DNA from: Takakia lepidozioides
Taxonomy: Eukaryota; Plantae; Bryophyta
DNA length: 64,000 nucleotides
Assembly: GCA_030704615.1 (NCBI GenBank)
Contig: CM060732.1
Coordinates: 12,090,001-12,154,000, forward strand
Direction of reading: 5' to 3'
In this document: in pieces, positions 11,514 through 23,600 of the stretch
How positions within the stretch are numbered: the first letter of the stretch is position 1
How the letters are laid out: every line of letters begins with the position of its first letter
The notes under the pieces: model-generated
What the model saw: only the letters and a program-made list of their open reading frames with translations
Told to the model about the DNA's origin: nothing
The model's database searches: none
Translations under genes and position numbers: made by a program

Positions 11514-14507
11514 ATGCTTTGTGCACTACAGGCATTTCTGCAGTTGTTACAGCCAAAACAGTTCTGTGAGTCTAAAATGAAGAGAGTGAGAGGAATGGAG
11601 GAAATCAGGGTGAAGAGCACCACAATTCTGCAGAAACAAACGATTGCTACCCCACAGGCGATACAGATACTGGAGGAGCTGAGATTGCAAGGATTGCAAA
11701 GCATAGATTGGACATTACACCATAAACAGTACATGTTACAATTTTTGCAGAACTTTGAGCCAAGGACAGGAACAACAACGGTGAAGGGAGTTGAATTAAT
11801 GATTACTCCCCTATACCTCCAGCAATTGTTTCGATTGCCAGCAGGTCAGGTGCATGTGGAGGAACACAGGGCAAGACTGCAAATAGGGGACTTATTCCAA
11901 GAAGGGAGTTTCTTTAAAACTCAGGGTTATGCTTGTACCAAGGTTGTGTACCCAGGGCTAAAGGAGGTAGGCCAGGTATTGAACGTTCTGATTGCCATGA
12001 AACAGAACCAACAGTATTTGAGCAGATCCTTCACGGAGGAAATACTCAAAGCCCTGAAGGGACAAGAGGTACAATGGGCGGACATAATGTACAACGCACT
12101 GGTGGAGGAGATGAAAAGATTACAAGGTACTACCGCAAAGTCTCCTATCATAGTGTCTGGCCCAATCATTGCTCAAATAATTCTTGATTCTGGCATACTT
12201 GATGCGCAAGAAAGAAAGGAGATGGGAGTGTTTGAGCCAGAAACCACTGCAATGGAAGAGCAAGGCTCTTCACACAGTGAGGGTGGACTAGCAGGGCAAC
12301 CCGAGACTAAGAGGCAGAGACGGGTCTGGTCAAGGAGACAGAGATTCCAGAGGTGCAACAGTTGCCCAAGGGAAATCCTGAGGTGCATATAATACACACA
12401 CCTGTGTCGGAGGTACCACAGGCGGAAGGTCATGACACTGTAGCACCGGTGATAGATGAAGTGGTTCAGGAAGAAAATCCGGTGGGACAATGGCCTGAGT
12501 GGTTCGTGAGACATCACACTGTTGAGGATCAGGAGGAACAGCAGCAACCTCACCATGATGACCCTCAACAGGCAATGCTGATGAGTTCCATAGGCATGAC
12601 ACTTAATTTGTTGGGGACTTATGTCAAATCCCATGTTCCAACTACCCAATTGACAGCCTTGAGAGAGGAACTCAGGAAGGAGTTTGAAGCTCGACTAGCC
12701 ACTGAGTGTGCAAACAAGGTCGATGAAGAGGTCACTCTCAAGATGCAGCAGGACTTGGGAAATACAGAAGCGGCTTTGCAATTGGCCAAGGAACAATTGA
12801 TTGAGGCAGGCCTCGCGCAAGACCAGTTGCACGAAGCACATAAGCAACAGCTATACCAAATGCAGGTGCAGCATGAAAGCAAGTTACAAGAAGTGAATGC
12901 ACTACATACGGAGTTGTAGACAGTGCATGACAGGATGGCGATACAATGTGCTACATTCACAACTATGCTTGACCAATCTACAAAAGAAATAAACAGTCAA
13001 GCGGAAAAATGTACTCTCAGGGGAACCACAAGCAACTTGGTGGATAACCACCTTATGCAGGTCTGGTTAGCACAAGGGCCAGTGGAGGGCAAAACACCAC
13101 GAAAGCTCACCCAAAGCGAGATGAATGAGCTCAGGCCGCAGGTGCAGAACATTGCCACAACTACTATAGACAATGACAATAGCAGAGTTACAGGAGGATG
13201 TAGACGGACTGCAGACTCAAGTGGAGGACCTCACTTCAAACATCGACAAAAGAGTCTATATCCCTCAGGAACAGCTAATGGCTTCTTATTTACAAGCCAG
13301 AACTTTGGCTTTTCAGTCTTCACAGGAGGTGCAGGAGATGCTAATGATACAAGAGCCAGTACCACCAACACCACAACAAGTCACTGTACCAGTAGCTGAA
13401 CCTGTTGTTACTACAACCACACCACAGCCACCACAGCCTGAGGTATGGGGCAATGCTGCTTTTAACCCACCTAAAACTCCAACTGCAAGGGAGTACAGTA
13501 GGGCTATGATTATGCCCTTCAACCAAATTCCCATCATGTTGGATTTGGCTTGGAAAGAATTTAGTCCTCCGCAGTCATTCGCACATTACTACCAAATCAT
13601 GCGCATCTGGCTGCCAGTGGCAACTAGGACTAAAGTTCTTCCGAACAATCGATCAATTGAGGATCATCACTTTGCACAGTACTGGCACGAGGCAGGTACC
13701 ATGTTGAGGGAATTAATTGCTTTCTAGGTTGTACATGGACTCATTTATACCAAGACCAAGGAGGTAGCAAGTATTGTCATGGGATGCGGGTTATACTACG
13801 CTGCTTGTTTTCTAGTACGTTATCACATTGAGCAACAAAAGATGCAAGCACGCTTTCTGAGTTATTCCAGTGGGGATCATTGGGTATTACCTTCGGTGCC
13901 ACCTCATATGTACCTATATGATGCAAAAGTTATGATGCGAAAGGATTCTCAAATTCGTTCATGGTTTCAAGCGGCCTGGAACAATTTGTCAACACAGAAA
14001 TTCGGCATTGATGATATTTTCTATAAGGGACATGTGGCATGGAAATACTTGCACGCTGCACCAGTAATTGGTACCCCACTCACCTGGACAGACAAGGAGC
14101 TCAGTGTCTACACCAATTTTGCTATTCAGCGGTTACACCAAGTTGTAAAATATAAACTTCCAGACATGGTAGGACAGCATTGTATGCCCCAGAGGATTCC
14201 ACAAAAAGTTCGAAAATTTAAACACCTGAGAGGCGATGAGGATTATGATACAACTGTTTCTTCACCGAATTCTTTTGACATGGGAGAAGACTATGCAATT
14301 CAGATGGCAGAGAAGAAGCGACGGGGGTCTCCTATGCCTGAAAGGTTACCTCGATATCAGCCTCCAGAGAGCCTCACTTATCCAGGTAGTGATCAACCAT
14401 CTCCATCAAACAGAGACAGACCTCGGGCTCGTACACACAGTCCGCCACGAAACTCTCAACGTCAGAAAGGTGCTCACTCACAAAGGTTTGCTAATCGCAA
14501 TCAGTAA
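11514..14507 (+). pseudogene. Extra (env-like/ORF3-type) gene of an LTR element D, about 1000 codons with stops and frameshifts
   Basis: Chain of ORFs 11514-12392, 12353-12919, 12923-, 13173-13727, 13779-14507; N-terminus (TVKGVELMITPLYLQQLFRLP, GQEVQWADIMY) resembles plant retroelement accessory proteins; coiled-coil middle; lies directly before the PPT and LTR. Confidence 0.6.
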
Positions 14508-14545
14508 ACCGTGAGGACACGGCTTTTTGAGGGGGGAAGGGGTAA

Positions 14546-15293
14546 TGTTAGAGGACTGTCTGGGACTTAGACACTTATACGGGATCTGTAGGGTACCCTT
14601 AATTTTTGCACAGACTGAGACCAACAGGAGCCTTAGGGGTGACAGCAGCGCACTGTAGAGGGGGGTTACACAGCCCGTCACAGTCGTCACAGCCCACACA
14701 GCCAACATAGACCGTCACAGCCGACACAGCCAACACAGCCCGTCACAGTCGCACAGCCAGTCACAGCCCGTCACAGTTTCACACAGCCAGTCACAGCTTG
14801 ACACAGCTGTCACGACCATAGGGAACGGAGAGCAAGACAAGGAACGACTGTGGGGAACAACACCTGCATATGGAACATGTTAGTTCACGGACGACGGTTA
14901 GTGAGGGAAACGGTTAGAGCCACCACGGGTAGGAAGATAAAGGGAGAAGCAGGGAATTTTGGAGGGGATTAGGATTATGATTATTCGGAGGAGGACTTCT
15001 GGGTCATGCATGAGAGGAGATGGAGCGGAGAGGAGGATCGGAAGCAAAAGATGGGGAGCACGGTGAAGGAGGAAAGAGGATTAGTAGATGCTTGTTATAT
15101 GCAAAGCGATAGTGATATAGTAGAGCAGATTAGAGACACAATGGCTTCGGCCTGATACCTGATAAATCATAATCTGATACTTATACGATACAATCACACT
15201 GTGTAGAGCGATCTGAGTGAAGCTGTGGAATGAATGGATGAATTGATGAGCAAACTGATACTCAATTATCAATAGTAAAGTAGCTAGCTAACA
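14546..15293 (+). repeat. 3' LTR of element D
   Basis: TGTTAG...CTAACA inverted termini, preceded by PPT GAGGGGGGAAGGGG (14529-14542); contains GTCACAGCC tandem repeats. Confidence 0.8.
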
Positions 15294-15949
15294 TGAATGC
15301 GGGAAGGAAACCAAATAGGAAACACCCCCATGATACACTAGCTGTAGGTCATGACTGATTGTTCTGCGCGGGCTGAGTACTTAGAGATTTCCAACTCTTC
15401 TATCTTGGAGTTTCCGCCTCGGATAGCGAAGGGATGGGTGAGTAAAAGCCGCGCGACACATCTTTCCTACACAAGTTGGGCCAGCAGAATGTATGTGGAC
15501 TTACATTGTTTGTGTGTGTGTACAGCAGCCCAAGGTCGCCACGGTTCCTCCCTTTCTTTGCAAACCCGCAATTTTTCCCAAGTCCGAAAGCAGATTTTAA
15601 ATTGTCATGTTATACGGAGGCTGCAGCTTCGGAATTTAGTCTCATCTCTTCTCCCCCTGCTGTGCTTTTAAACAAAGAGGGTTCTGTGCAAAGCAGGGCT
15701 AGTGTCTTCATAGACAGTTCTGCCTTCATTTCGGACGCCGACTCCAGTAGCATAGAATATTCTTCGTCGGAATGAATCTGCAGTTTTTAAACTATTTAGT
15801 TTGAAGCACCAAATGGCCTCTCCACCTTCTTTGCAATTGTGTGTCAGCAACTATGTCTTCTGATACCTGATGAAAGGACAATCACAACCCTCACCAGTGG
15901 GCAGAGGTTCACTCTAGAGCTAGGTGGATTTAGCAACCACTACTCAAAA

Positions 15950-16205
15950 ATGCATCTTAGTTTTGCATTCATCCACAAACTACATTCATCCATGTGCCAT
16001 TCGTCGAACATACATTCATCCCCCATTCATCCATCGTTCATCCATCATTCATCCATAACGATGAATGACGTATGCATGATAAACTAGACACAACCCACAG
16101 TAGTAGGTCTTATAGGCCGAATAGGTGTCCGCGGTTATATGTGAGCACATGCAGAAGCGTGAGCAGAATTCTGCTCACGGATTCTGCTCACGGTTTAGCA
16201 ATCCC
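15950..16205. mobile_element. Putative DNA-transposon right end truncating the Gypsy B integrase
   Basis: CATTCATCC and TGCTCAC repeats ending CTGCTCACGGTTTAGCAATCCC; the integrase frame stops abruptly after MVEHFSKW. Confidence 0.55.
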
Positions 16206-18371
16206 CCACTTGGAGAAGTGCTCCACCATCACCAACACATATTTGTGGTGGCGCATCGTCAGTGACAACGGTCTTGCGAAGTCAAGACTCCATCTGTAGC
16301 CCAATCCCATGATCGGAAGATGATGCAACTGGGGTGTAGGGGCATTGAATGAAGCACGCACCCTGTCACACACCATGCACCTAGCCACGAACCGTTGAAC
16401 CTCTGTGTGCATACCACGCCACCAATACTGCCCCTGTAGTAAACTGTGAGTGCGTCGCACTCCAAAATGCCCCAACTCCTCATGCGCATGCCGCACTAAC
16501 CGTGCATGCTGTGTGGGGTGAGGCACAATCCTCACCCGACCATCCTCCCACACTCGGAGCAGGTGTATCCCCTCCCACTTGAACCTCTTGGCTCGTTGCA
16601 GGATCCAATCCCTCTCCTTGGCAGTCACAGTGGCTGCCGTGTCTCCAGTACGGAGGTAGTCCAACACAGCCAAATCCTCATGTATATCTCTGGCACCACC
16701 TGCCTCGTCACTAGCCTCAGGGTCCTCAGACACTTTGTCTATAGTCATCCCCATTGTAGGTCTAATCTGACCTCCTGCTGCCAAGATACACAAAAATCCA
16801 GATGCGTGCCATCCCGACACCATCTCCTCGTCCGTCTCACCATGCCACCGAGCTCCAATTTCATCCTGCTGGCTCGTGCATGAATTGCGACTCAATCCAT
16901 CCGCATCTCGATTGACCAAACCCGGTCAATGCACAACCTGAAAGTCATACTCCTGGAGTATGAGTGCCCATCGTGCAAGCTTCCCCGTAAGTTTATCTGA
17001 CTCCATCAACCACTTGAGTGGCTGGTGATCCGTGACAAGGGTGAAGAGATTGTCGTATAGATAACACCTGAAGTGTGCCACGACCCACACTGCAGCTAAG
17101 CACTCTCCCTCATATGAGCTATACTTAGCCTCTGCAGCATTGTTTGAGCGGCTAGCATAAGCCACTACGAACTCTCTTCCCTCATCATCCACCTGTGTGA
17201 GCACCGCTCCAAGCCCCAGCATGCTCCAATCCGTATGCAGCTGAAAGGGACGCCCCCTGAAGGTCGTCTCAGGATAGGCGCCAAAGTCAACCTCGCCTTG
17301 AGCTCTTGAAAAGCTCGTTCCTTCTCATCTTTCCACTGCCACTCCTGGTCCACCTTGGTCAGCTTGGTTAGAGCCTTTGCAATGGCACTAAATCCCTTGA
17401 CAAACCGTCTATAATAATTTGCCAACCCCATGAAAGCTCGAACTCGGCTCACATCCGTCGGGCGTGGAATTTGTGCAATGGCCTCTACCTTAGTCTGTTG
17501 CACCCCCAATCCTCCTGGATATATCATGTGACCCAGATACTCAATCTGGTTGTGGAAAAACTTGTACTTCCCCGGATGTAACTTCAATCCGTGCGCTCTC
17601 AAGCGCTCCAATACCACCTGAAGGTGTCCCTCATGCTCCTCTACCGTAGCACTAAAGATGATGATGTCATCTATATAGCACCGAACAAAGTCCACCCCTG
17701 CTAGAATCCTATACATGACTCTCTGAAACTCTGCAGGAGCGTTCTTAAGCCCAAATGGTAAGAACCGCCACTGATATAGGCAATCCTTGCCGTGCTCATT
17801 GATCCCCCAGAATGTCGTCTTCTGCTTGTCCGCCTCCTTGATCGGCAACTGGTGATATCCGAATCGTAAATCCAAAGTGCTAAAGACCTTAGCATGCCCA
17901 ATGACATCAAAGATCTCCTCCGGTGTTGGGCATGGCATACTTATCAGACTTGGTCTGACGATTTACAGGTCGGTAATCACCGCACATACATCTCTCCGTC
18001 CAATTGCCATAGACATCCTTCTTGGCTGGCATCACTGTGGCTGAAGCATACTCTCCACCAGAGAGCTCCACCAAACCTACCTCCCAGAGATCTTGACTCC
18101 TCATCTGAATCAAAGACCTCTCCACGTCACTACATCTATAGGGTCTCCGAAAGATTGGCGTGTCAGTGGCCAACTCAATACGGATCTCTTGACCCTTCAG
18201 TGCTCCCAAGTCCTTCAAACTAAAGGCAAAGCAATTCCTATAAGCCCTCAGGAACCGCCGTATACGTCGTCTCTCTCCTCCGGTGACAATGGGTCCAATG
18301 TCAGGCTCCCAATTGTCCTCCGTAACTGCAACCTTAAGTCCAGTGAGCTTAGAGGTAGAGGACGCGTCCAA
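16206..18371 (-). pseudogene. Gypsy B RT, RNase H and N-terminal integrase
   Basis: DYRPVN, LDLRFGYHQ, LPFGLKNAP, CYIDDII, MGLANYYRRF, AYASRS, HEELGHFG...CMVCDR; frameshifts near 17930 and 17260. Confidence 0.93.
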
Positions 18372-18669
18372 TGGTTACTATGTTGCAACCTCTTGAGCAG
18401 TACTCCCTACCTGCTCAGTCAATGACAAGGCCTCATCCTGCCCCATCATCTCATCCTCGAGGACTTCCTCAACCCGAGAAAAATCCCCAATCTCATCCAT
18501 CACCACCACCTTGGCTGCCAACTCCCTCTGAACCTCGAGCACCTCCCACGTGTGCCATGGATGCCTGTACCCTGTGGTCCTCACATGCTCGCCCCCACTC
18601 ACTGTCTGTACCGTCTCGGTAGGCAGAGAGACCATCGAGGGAAGTGTACTCCATACTCTGCGCTGCTCG

Positions 18670-19635
18670 CCATAGCCAAGCTGATAATCCAGGTCAAGCA
18701 ATTGAGATCCATTGCTTGCCCCAACACCTGATGACGTGATGCCTCAGAAAGAGACAGCACCGCCGTGGTATCAGTGGTAAAATCCATCGCCCGTTCACGT
18801 TCGTCAACATTAGGCTCTACTAACTGCTGCAACTGAGCATCCCACAGGAGGCCAAGTCCACTATCCCGGAAAGCATGCGATCCTGGGAATCTGAGCAATG
18901 TAGGTAATGCTGCTTGTGGTTGACCCACCTTGTTGACCACTGCCAAAGACGAACGGTCATCGTGTCTCACACGCCGAAACTACCTCCCTGTGTCCAAAAT
19001 GCTATCCATTGTGAGGTGTGCTGGTCGTTGCACCCTATCAAATGCACGCTTGAGCAGTGCGGGTGACATCAAGTTAGTCCACCATAGCCGTGGACGATGA
19101 GCCCGTGACCCCACTGCAGCTGCATCCAGCAACACTGCTGACCCAAGCCACGACCGGACTTAATGCACACTGGCCATCACCCTGGCCCGAGAATCGCCCA
19201 TCAGTGGCACATTCTCTAAGATGTATGCTGGAGATACAACTTGATGAAGCTGCAAGTGGCGCAAAACCCGCACCATCTCCCAAAATAGACCCGACCTCGA
19301 GTCTCGCAATCCATTGCCATGCCCGGCTGATGAATGCCCTTGGCAGGGCCAACCTGCCACTACCAGATCAATGGAGCCAACCCGCTCCAAATCCTGCGCC
19401 CCCAACAATGAGATGTCTGTTGGCAAGGCCTGCTGATATCCACGAACTGCAGACACCGTCAACAACTCAGGGCACTGCTGCACCAACTGAGCAATATGGC
19501 GTATGGAGATGCGTCGTGCAGTCTCATCCCTCTCCACATACAAGTAACGCCGAACTTGTACACCTGCCTATAACACAGCAGCCAATCCGGTGCTGATCGC
19601 GCCAAACAAGTCCAGAAGGCAAATGCCTTCATCCG
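18670..19635 (-). pseudogene. DNMT3-like cytosine-5 DNA methyltransferase domain inside Gypsy B pol
   Basis: One frame: motif I LLDLFGAISTG, YLYVERD, motif IV DLVVAGWPCQGHS, SGLFWE, motif VI ILENV, motif VIII GSRAHRPRLWWTNL, motif IX ERERAMDF, motif X QVLGQAMDL; three premature stops (about 19569, 19161, 18981). Confidence 0.9.
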
Positions 19636-19684
19636 GATACTGCCACACAATAGGTGTGGTGTCCAATGGAGACAACTGAGGTGG

Positions 19685-21964
19685 TCATGGTGTAATCCTC
19701 GCACTCTCTTCCTCTCTTGATGGTACAAAAGCCTCTACCCAGGCTTGTTGCACCCGTCGATCAGCAACCTGCTGCAAATCCTTGCTCGTGCCCCACAATA
19801 GAGTCTGAGCAATCATGGCACGCAACTCCGCCATACCATACATGTCATCCTGCTCTGTTGGAGGTGACACATCCTCTGAATGAGCGTTGCCCTCTAGCAA
19901 CTCTCCAGGCCAAGTCACTGCAGCTGTGAATGCTACTAGTGTCGGCATCTTGCCCCACTGGGCAACCGCAAATTCTCCTATGAACGTCACAGGGAGCTGC
20001 ACATGCCGGCCCTCCCCTGACTGCCATCTAGGCCTATAGGAAGCTGACTCCTCCCAAAAATCCAGGATGAATCCCATGGGGTAAAACACTGCCCCACCAA
20101 CCATGACATCGTACGAGACCGCGTCTGTCACAATGGCATTGGCTCGCATCACTGAGCCATCTGTAGGGTGATCCGGCCGTAGTCTGATAGCCAACTCACG
20201 CCATGTCATGCCCCGAGCCTGCTCCGATTCTCCCAGAGATGTCTGTATCTCGAAAGAACAAGGCTCCATATCCGCCTCCGTGAGGCCCAAGCCTACAATA
20301 GCAACTCTGCCCGACATCAATGGCTGAGCTCTCGAGTCCAACAAGACTCGCAGTGGCCGATATCTCTTGCCTGCCGGTCCACTCAAACAGAAAATGTCAT
20401 CCTGGTTGTCTAACATGACAACCCCAAGTGTCACCATGGCGCGCTCAATGGCTGGCCTAGCTGGCAGCTCCGCCAACCTGGCAGCTGCGGCTTGCCATGG
20501 CGCCGTTGTGGCAGTCTTGACCCTCACATCCGAGGATCCGGCCTCTGTCACTACACCTCCCACTATCTCCGCAGAAGATGAAGTAACCTCCCCACTCTCA
20601 CAGAGTGTAGCTACCAGCCTGAACACCTCAGCTGGTCTTACCCCCGGCGTCGCAATCATGGTAGCTGAGAACAATGGAACCTGGCACACAGATGTGGCCG
20701 CCCACAGCAGCACACTAGCTGCCGTAGCCTTGGCAACACTAGATAGTGGTGTTGCCCGTGTGGCTCTCCCCAATGGCATAGTAACCTCCGCCTCAGTAAC
20801 TGTCGGGCGAGAACTAGGTGCCATGGATGGCGTCGACACTGTCTCCGCCAATGTGAATGACTGAGGAAGCCTAGCCTGACGGCTTGCCTCCCCACGATGT
20901 GAATCCAACTCCACCTCTGCACCTCGTGGTTCAGGAACTCGTGCTGCTACTCGGGTCACTGCCGCCGCCGACTCCACTTGCACTAGTGGTAGTGCTGCCC
21001 CGCACATGAATCCCATGCCTCCCATATCTCCTCCCTCAGGAGCAAGAGGTGGACCATCCGGCCTTGGAGCCGGTACCACCTGAGCTGTAGCCATGGCAGC
21101 GAGCCTCTACTCTAGCTGCTGAAGCCGGTTGGCCATGCCTTGGTCAACACCCTGACCTCCACGTCCTTGGCCATGTTGAACTTGCCCTTGGCCTGCACCT
21201 CATGCCTGGTCACCTCGTCCTCTCTGGGCTGCTCCACCTCGCCCCCGGCCACCATTGTTCCTTGGAACTGGCCTGGGCGCAACTCAGGATGCAAACCATA
21301 ACACTGGGCCTCGCCATGCCCGTGCTTGCCACAATGCCCACACTGCAACTGTGCAGGCTGTGCATGTGCCGGCCTTTTGTCTCCCTCTGGGCAATCCTTC
21401 TTGACATGGGGTCCTCCACATGTCTAACGGCCTGCAAATGAAGGGAGAGACCCTTGCATCTGAGGTCCTCTCTATCCTTCCCTGAGCTTCACCCTAGCCC
21501 CCTCGTTGCCTTGAGCACGTTGAGGTGGTTGGCTAGGAGCACCACTACCTCGTGGTGTCTCCTTAGCAAATCCCACCATGACCACTCGTTCCTCCACCAT
21601 GTTGAGCTCTATCCGCTCTGCCAGCAAAAACACATTTGCTAAGGTGGGTTGGGCCGCTTGTAGGAGAGTTGCATCCCGCACCCTTCTCCTCAGCTCCTTG
21701 TCCAATATCCCATACCAGAATTGGACTGCCTGAGCTTCCGTAACCCCTTGGGTTACATTTATCAAGCGCCTCATGCGAGTGAAAGCCTCCCTCAAGCTCT
21801 CAGTAGGCTTCCATTGGAACTCTTGCAAGCTCCGCAACTTCTCTGTCCTCACCCCTTGGTAGTTCCCTCTCAACTCTTTGAAGAACTCCACAACAGGGTT
21901 GAAGGCAGGCACGGGTACTGGTGCTGGTGCGGTAGTGGCTTGGGTGGACGTCGTAGCTACGGTA
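19685..21964 (-). pseudogene. Gypsy B gag C-terminal part, linker and aspartic protease
   Basis: Capsid-like LQEFQWKPTESLREAFTRM; CCHC knuckle near 21340; protease RVLLDSRAQPLM...YDVMVGG. Confidence 0.8.
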
Positions 21965-21969
21965 CCACC

Positions 21970-22692
21970 TGTCGCACACCTCAGTTCGGTAAACTCCCCT
22001 TCAAGTCATAGTTACTCGCTTTGATGCGCGCGCCTGACTCCCAACCTGGCCGCCGGGCCAACTTGGAGTTTCGGCTGCTCACCGGGACATAACGGTCCCC
22101 TTCCACTTCCCTCTAAACCCTCCACCTATTTGGGACTAGGAGAATTCCCTTTGGTAGATGGCAGTCCGGAACAGCTCCCCACTCTTTGGTCGCTTTTCGG
22201 CTCGCTCGCTTACTCACTAGTTTTTGGTCACCAACGGGCTTGCACCGTTCTCGGGGTTACTACTCCCTATATATACTTCTGTAGCTGTCCGCGGGGGTTT
22301 CATAACCAGCCATGCCATTTTATGGCGAACCACCACGAAAACCCTCGACTCCCGGTGGTGAGTCGCGGTGAGTCTTGGCCCACTCACCGCGGCCCCAATG
22401 GACCGTGATGAGTCCCAAGACTCCCCACGACTCCCACCTCGAGGTCTCCACCCCATGGTGAGTCCTATGCCACCCCCACTAAGTCCCACTAAGCTACCAC
22501 CACCCCTTGTGGAGCCACCTCCACCGCAACCCGGTGTGCGGGGCTCCACCTAGTGAGCGCCTCCGCCTCCTTGGTGCCTTGGGCACTCAAGGGTGCTTCA
22601 GCCCCCCATACCTATCGCTGCCGCTGCCCCCACCACAGGGGCAGCCCCTCATGTGTCTCGACCCCCTGCCCTCAAGGCAAAGGGCCGCAACA
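21970..22692 (-). repeat. Gypsy C 3' LTR
   Basis: TGTCGC...GCAACA; direct repeat of 28216-28937. Confidence 0.96.
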
Positions 22693-23600
22693 CACACCCC
22701 TACCAACAGGGAGTCGATGTCCTCATCGACTTGTCCATTTTGTAGAAACGAACATCCAAGTTGTGGCGTCCCACATCAAGGAGTTTGTTTCCGTACCATG
22801 GCGTCCCATGGCAAAGAACCAAACCCCACACTTGACTCCACTCTCCACTAGCTAGTTCGGCCGACTTCCTCCAAGTCCCGGCCAAGGGTGGAGCCTCTCC
22901 AGCTCCTCCCAGTGCACTCTTCTTGGCCTACTTCAAGGCCAAGGAACGATCCTCCCCGAGGATCGAATCGCCTTACTGCAACAACATTGCTTGCGATCGC
23001 TCATGATGCCGCTTTTGGCATCACCTTGAGCAAGGGTTCACCTGGAACCCTCTTTGACTAGGAAGATAACCTTGAACCAACCGTGCGCCCCAATCACTAC
23101 AATTGGGTCCGCCTTGGAATGCTGGCCTGAGGTACGGGAACACGCCGAAGCCGCACTACGACTTCGTCCCGAGGCTACACGATTATAGTACGTGAACGGA
23201 AGCACGTAGCTTCCGCGTTAGCCCGCACTACAAGGCAACCCCCTCGGTAGCGCAGTTATAGTACGCGCACGCGCCAGGTGCGCACTAGCACTTGAACTCC
23301 CAAATAAGGCGCAAGTTTCCTTGCCCCTTGGATGGGAGTCACCCGATTTCGGCACTGCGCAAACACACGATTAACCCAATTTACCTCTCCCACTTTTGTA
23401 AGCTAGCATGCATTCTACACACCAGCCAACCACACCATGCATCACCATTCCAAACACAATAGGACGCACAATATTTGGAACCCATTTCTTTATCACAAAT
23501 TTTTTTTGTACAATACAAGTTTTTGCAATCGGATTCCTGAGCTAGCTAAACCGGGCTAAGCATGCATTTCCTCCCCCACGCTCCAAGGTTGATGTCCCCA

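Noticed and set aside
19160-19543. Bacterial restriction-modification methylase or contamination
   Set aside because: In frame with a retroviral-type protease, has DNMT3-like motifs, has no partner nuclease and sits in eukaryotic context
22130-22885. ORFs duplicated at 28375-29043
   Set aside because: They lie inside the GC-rich LTRs of Gypsy C
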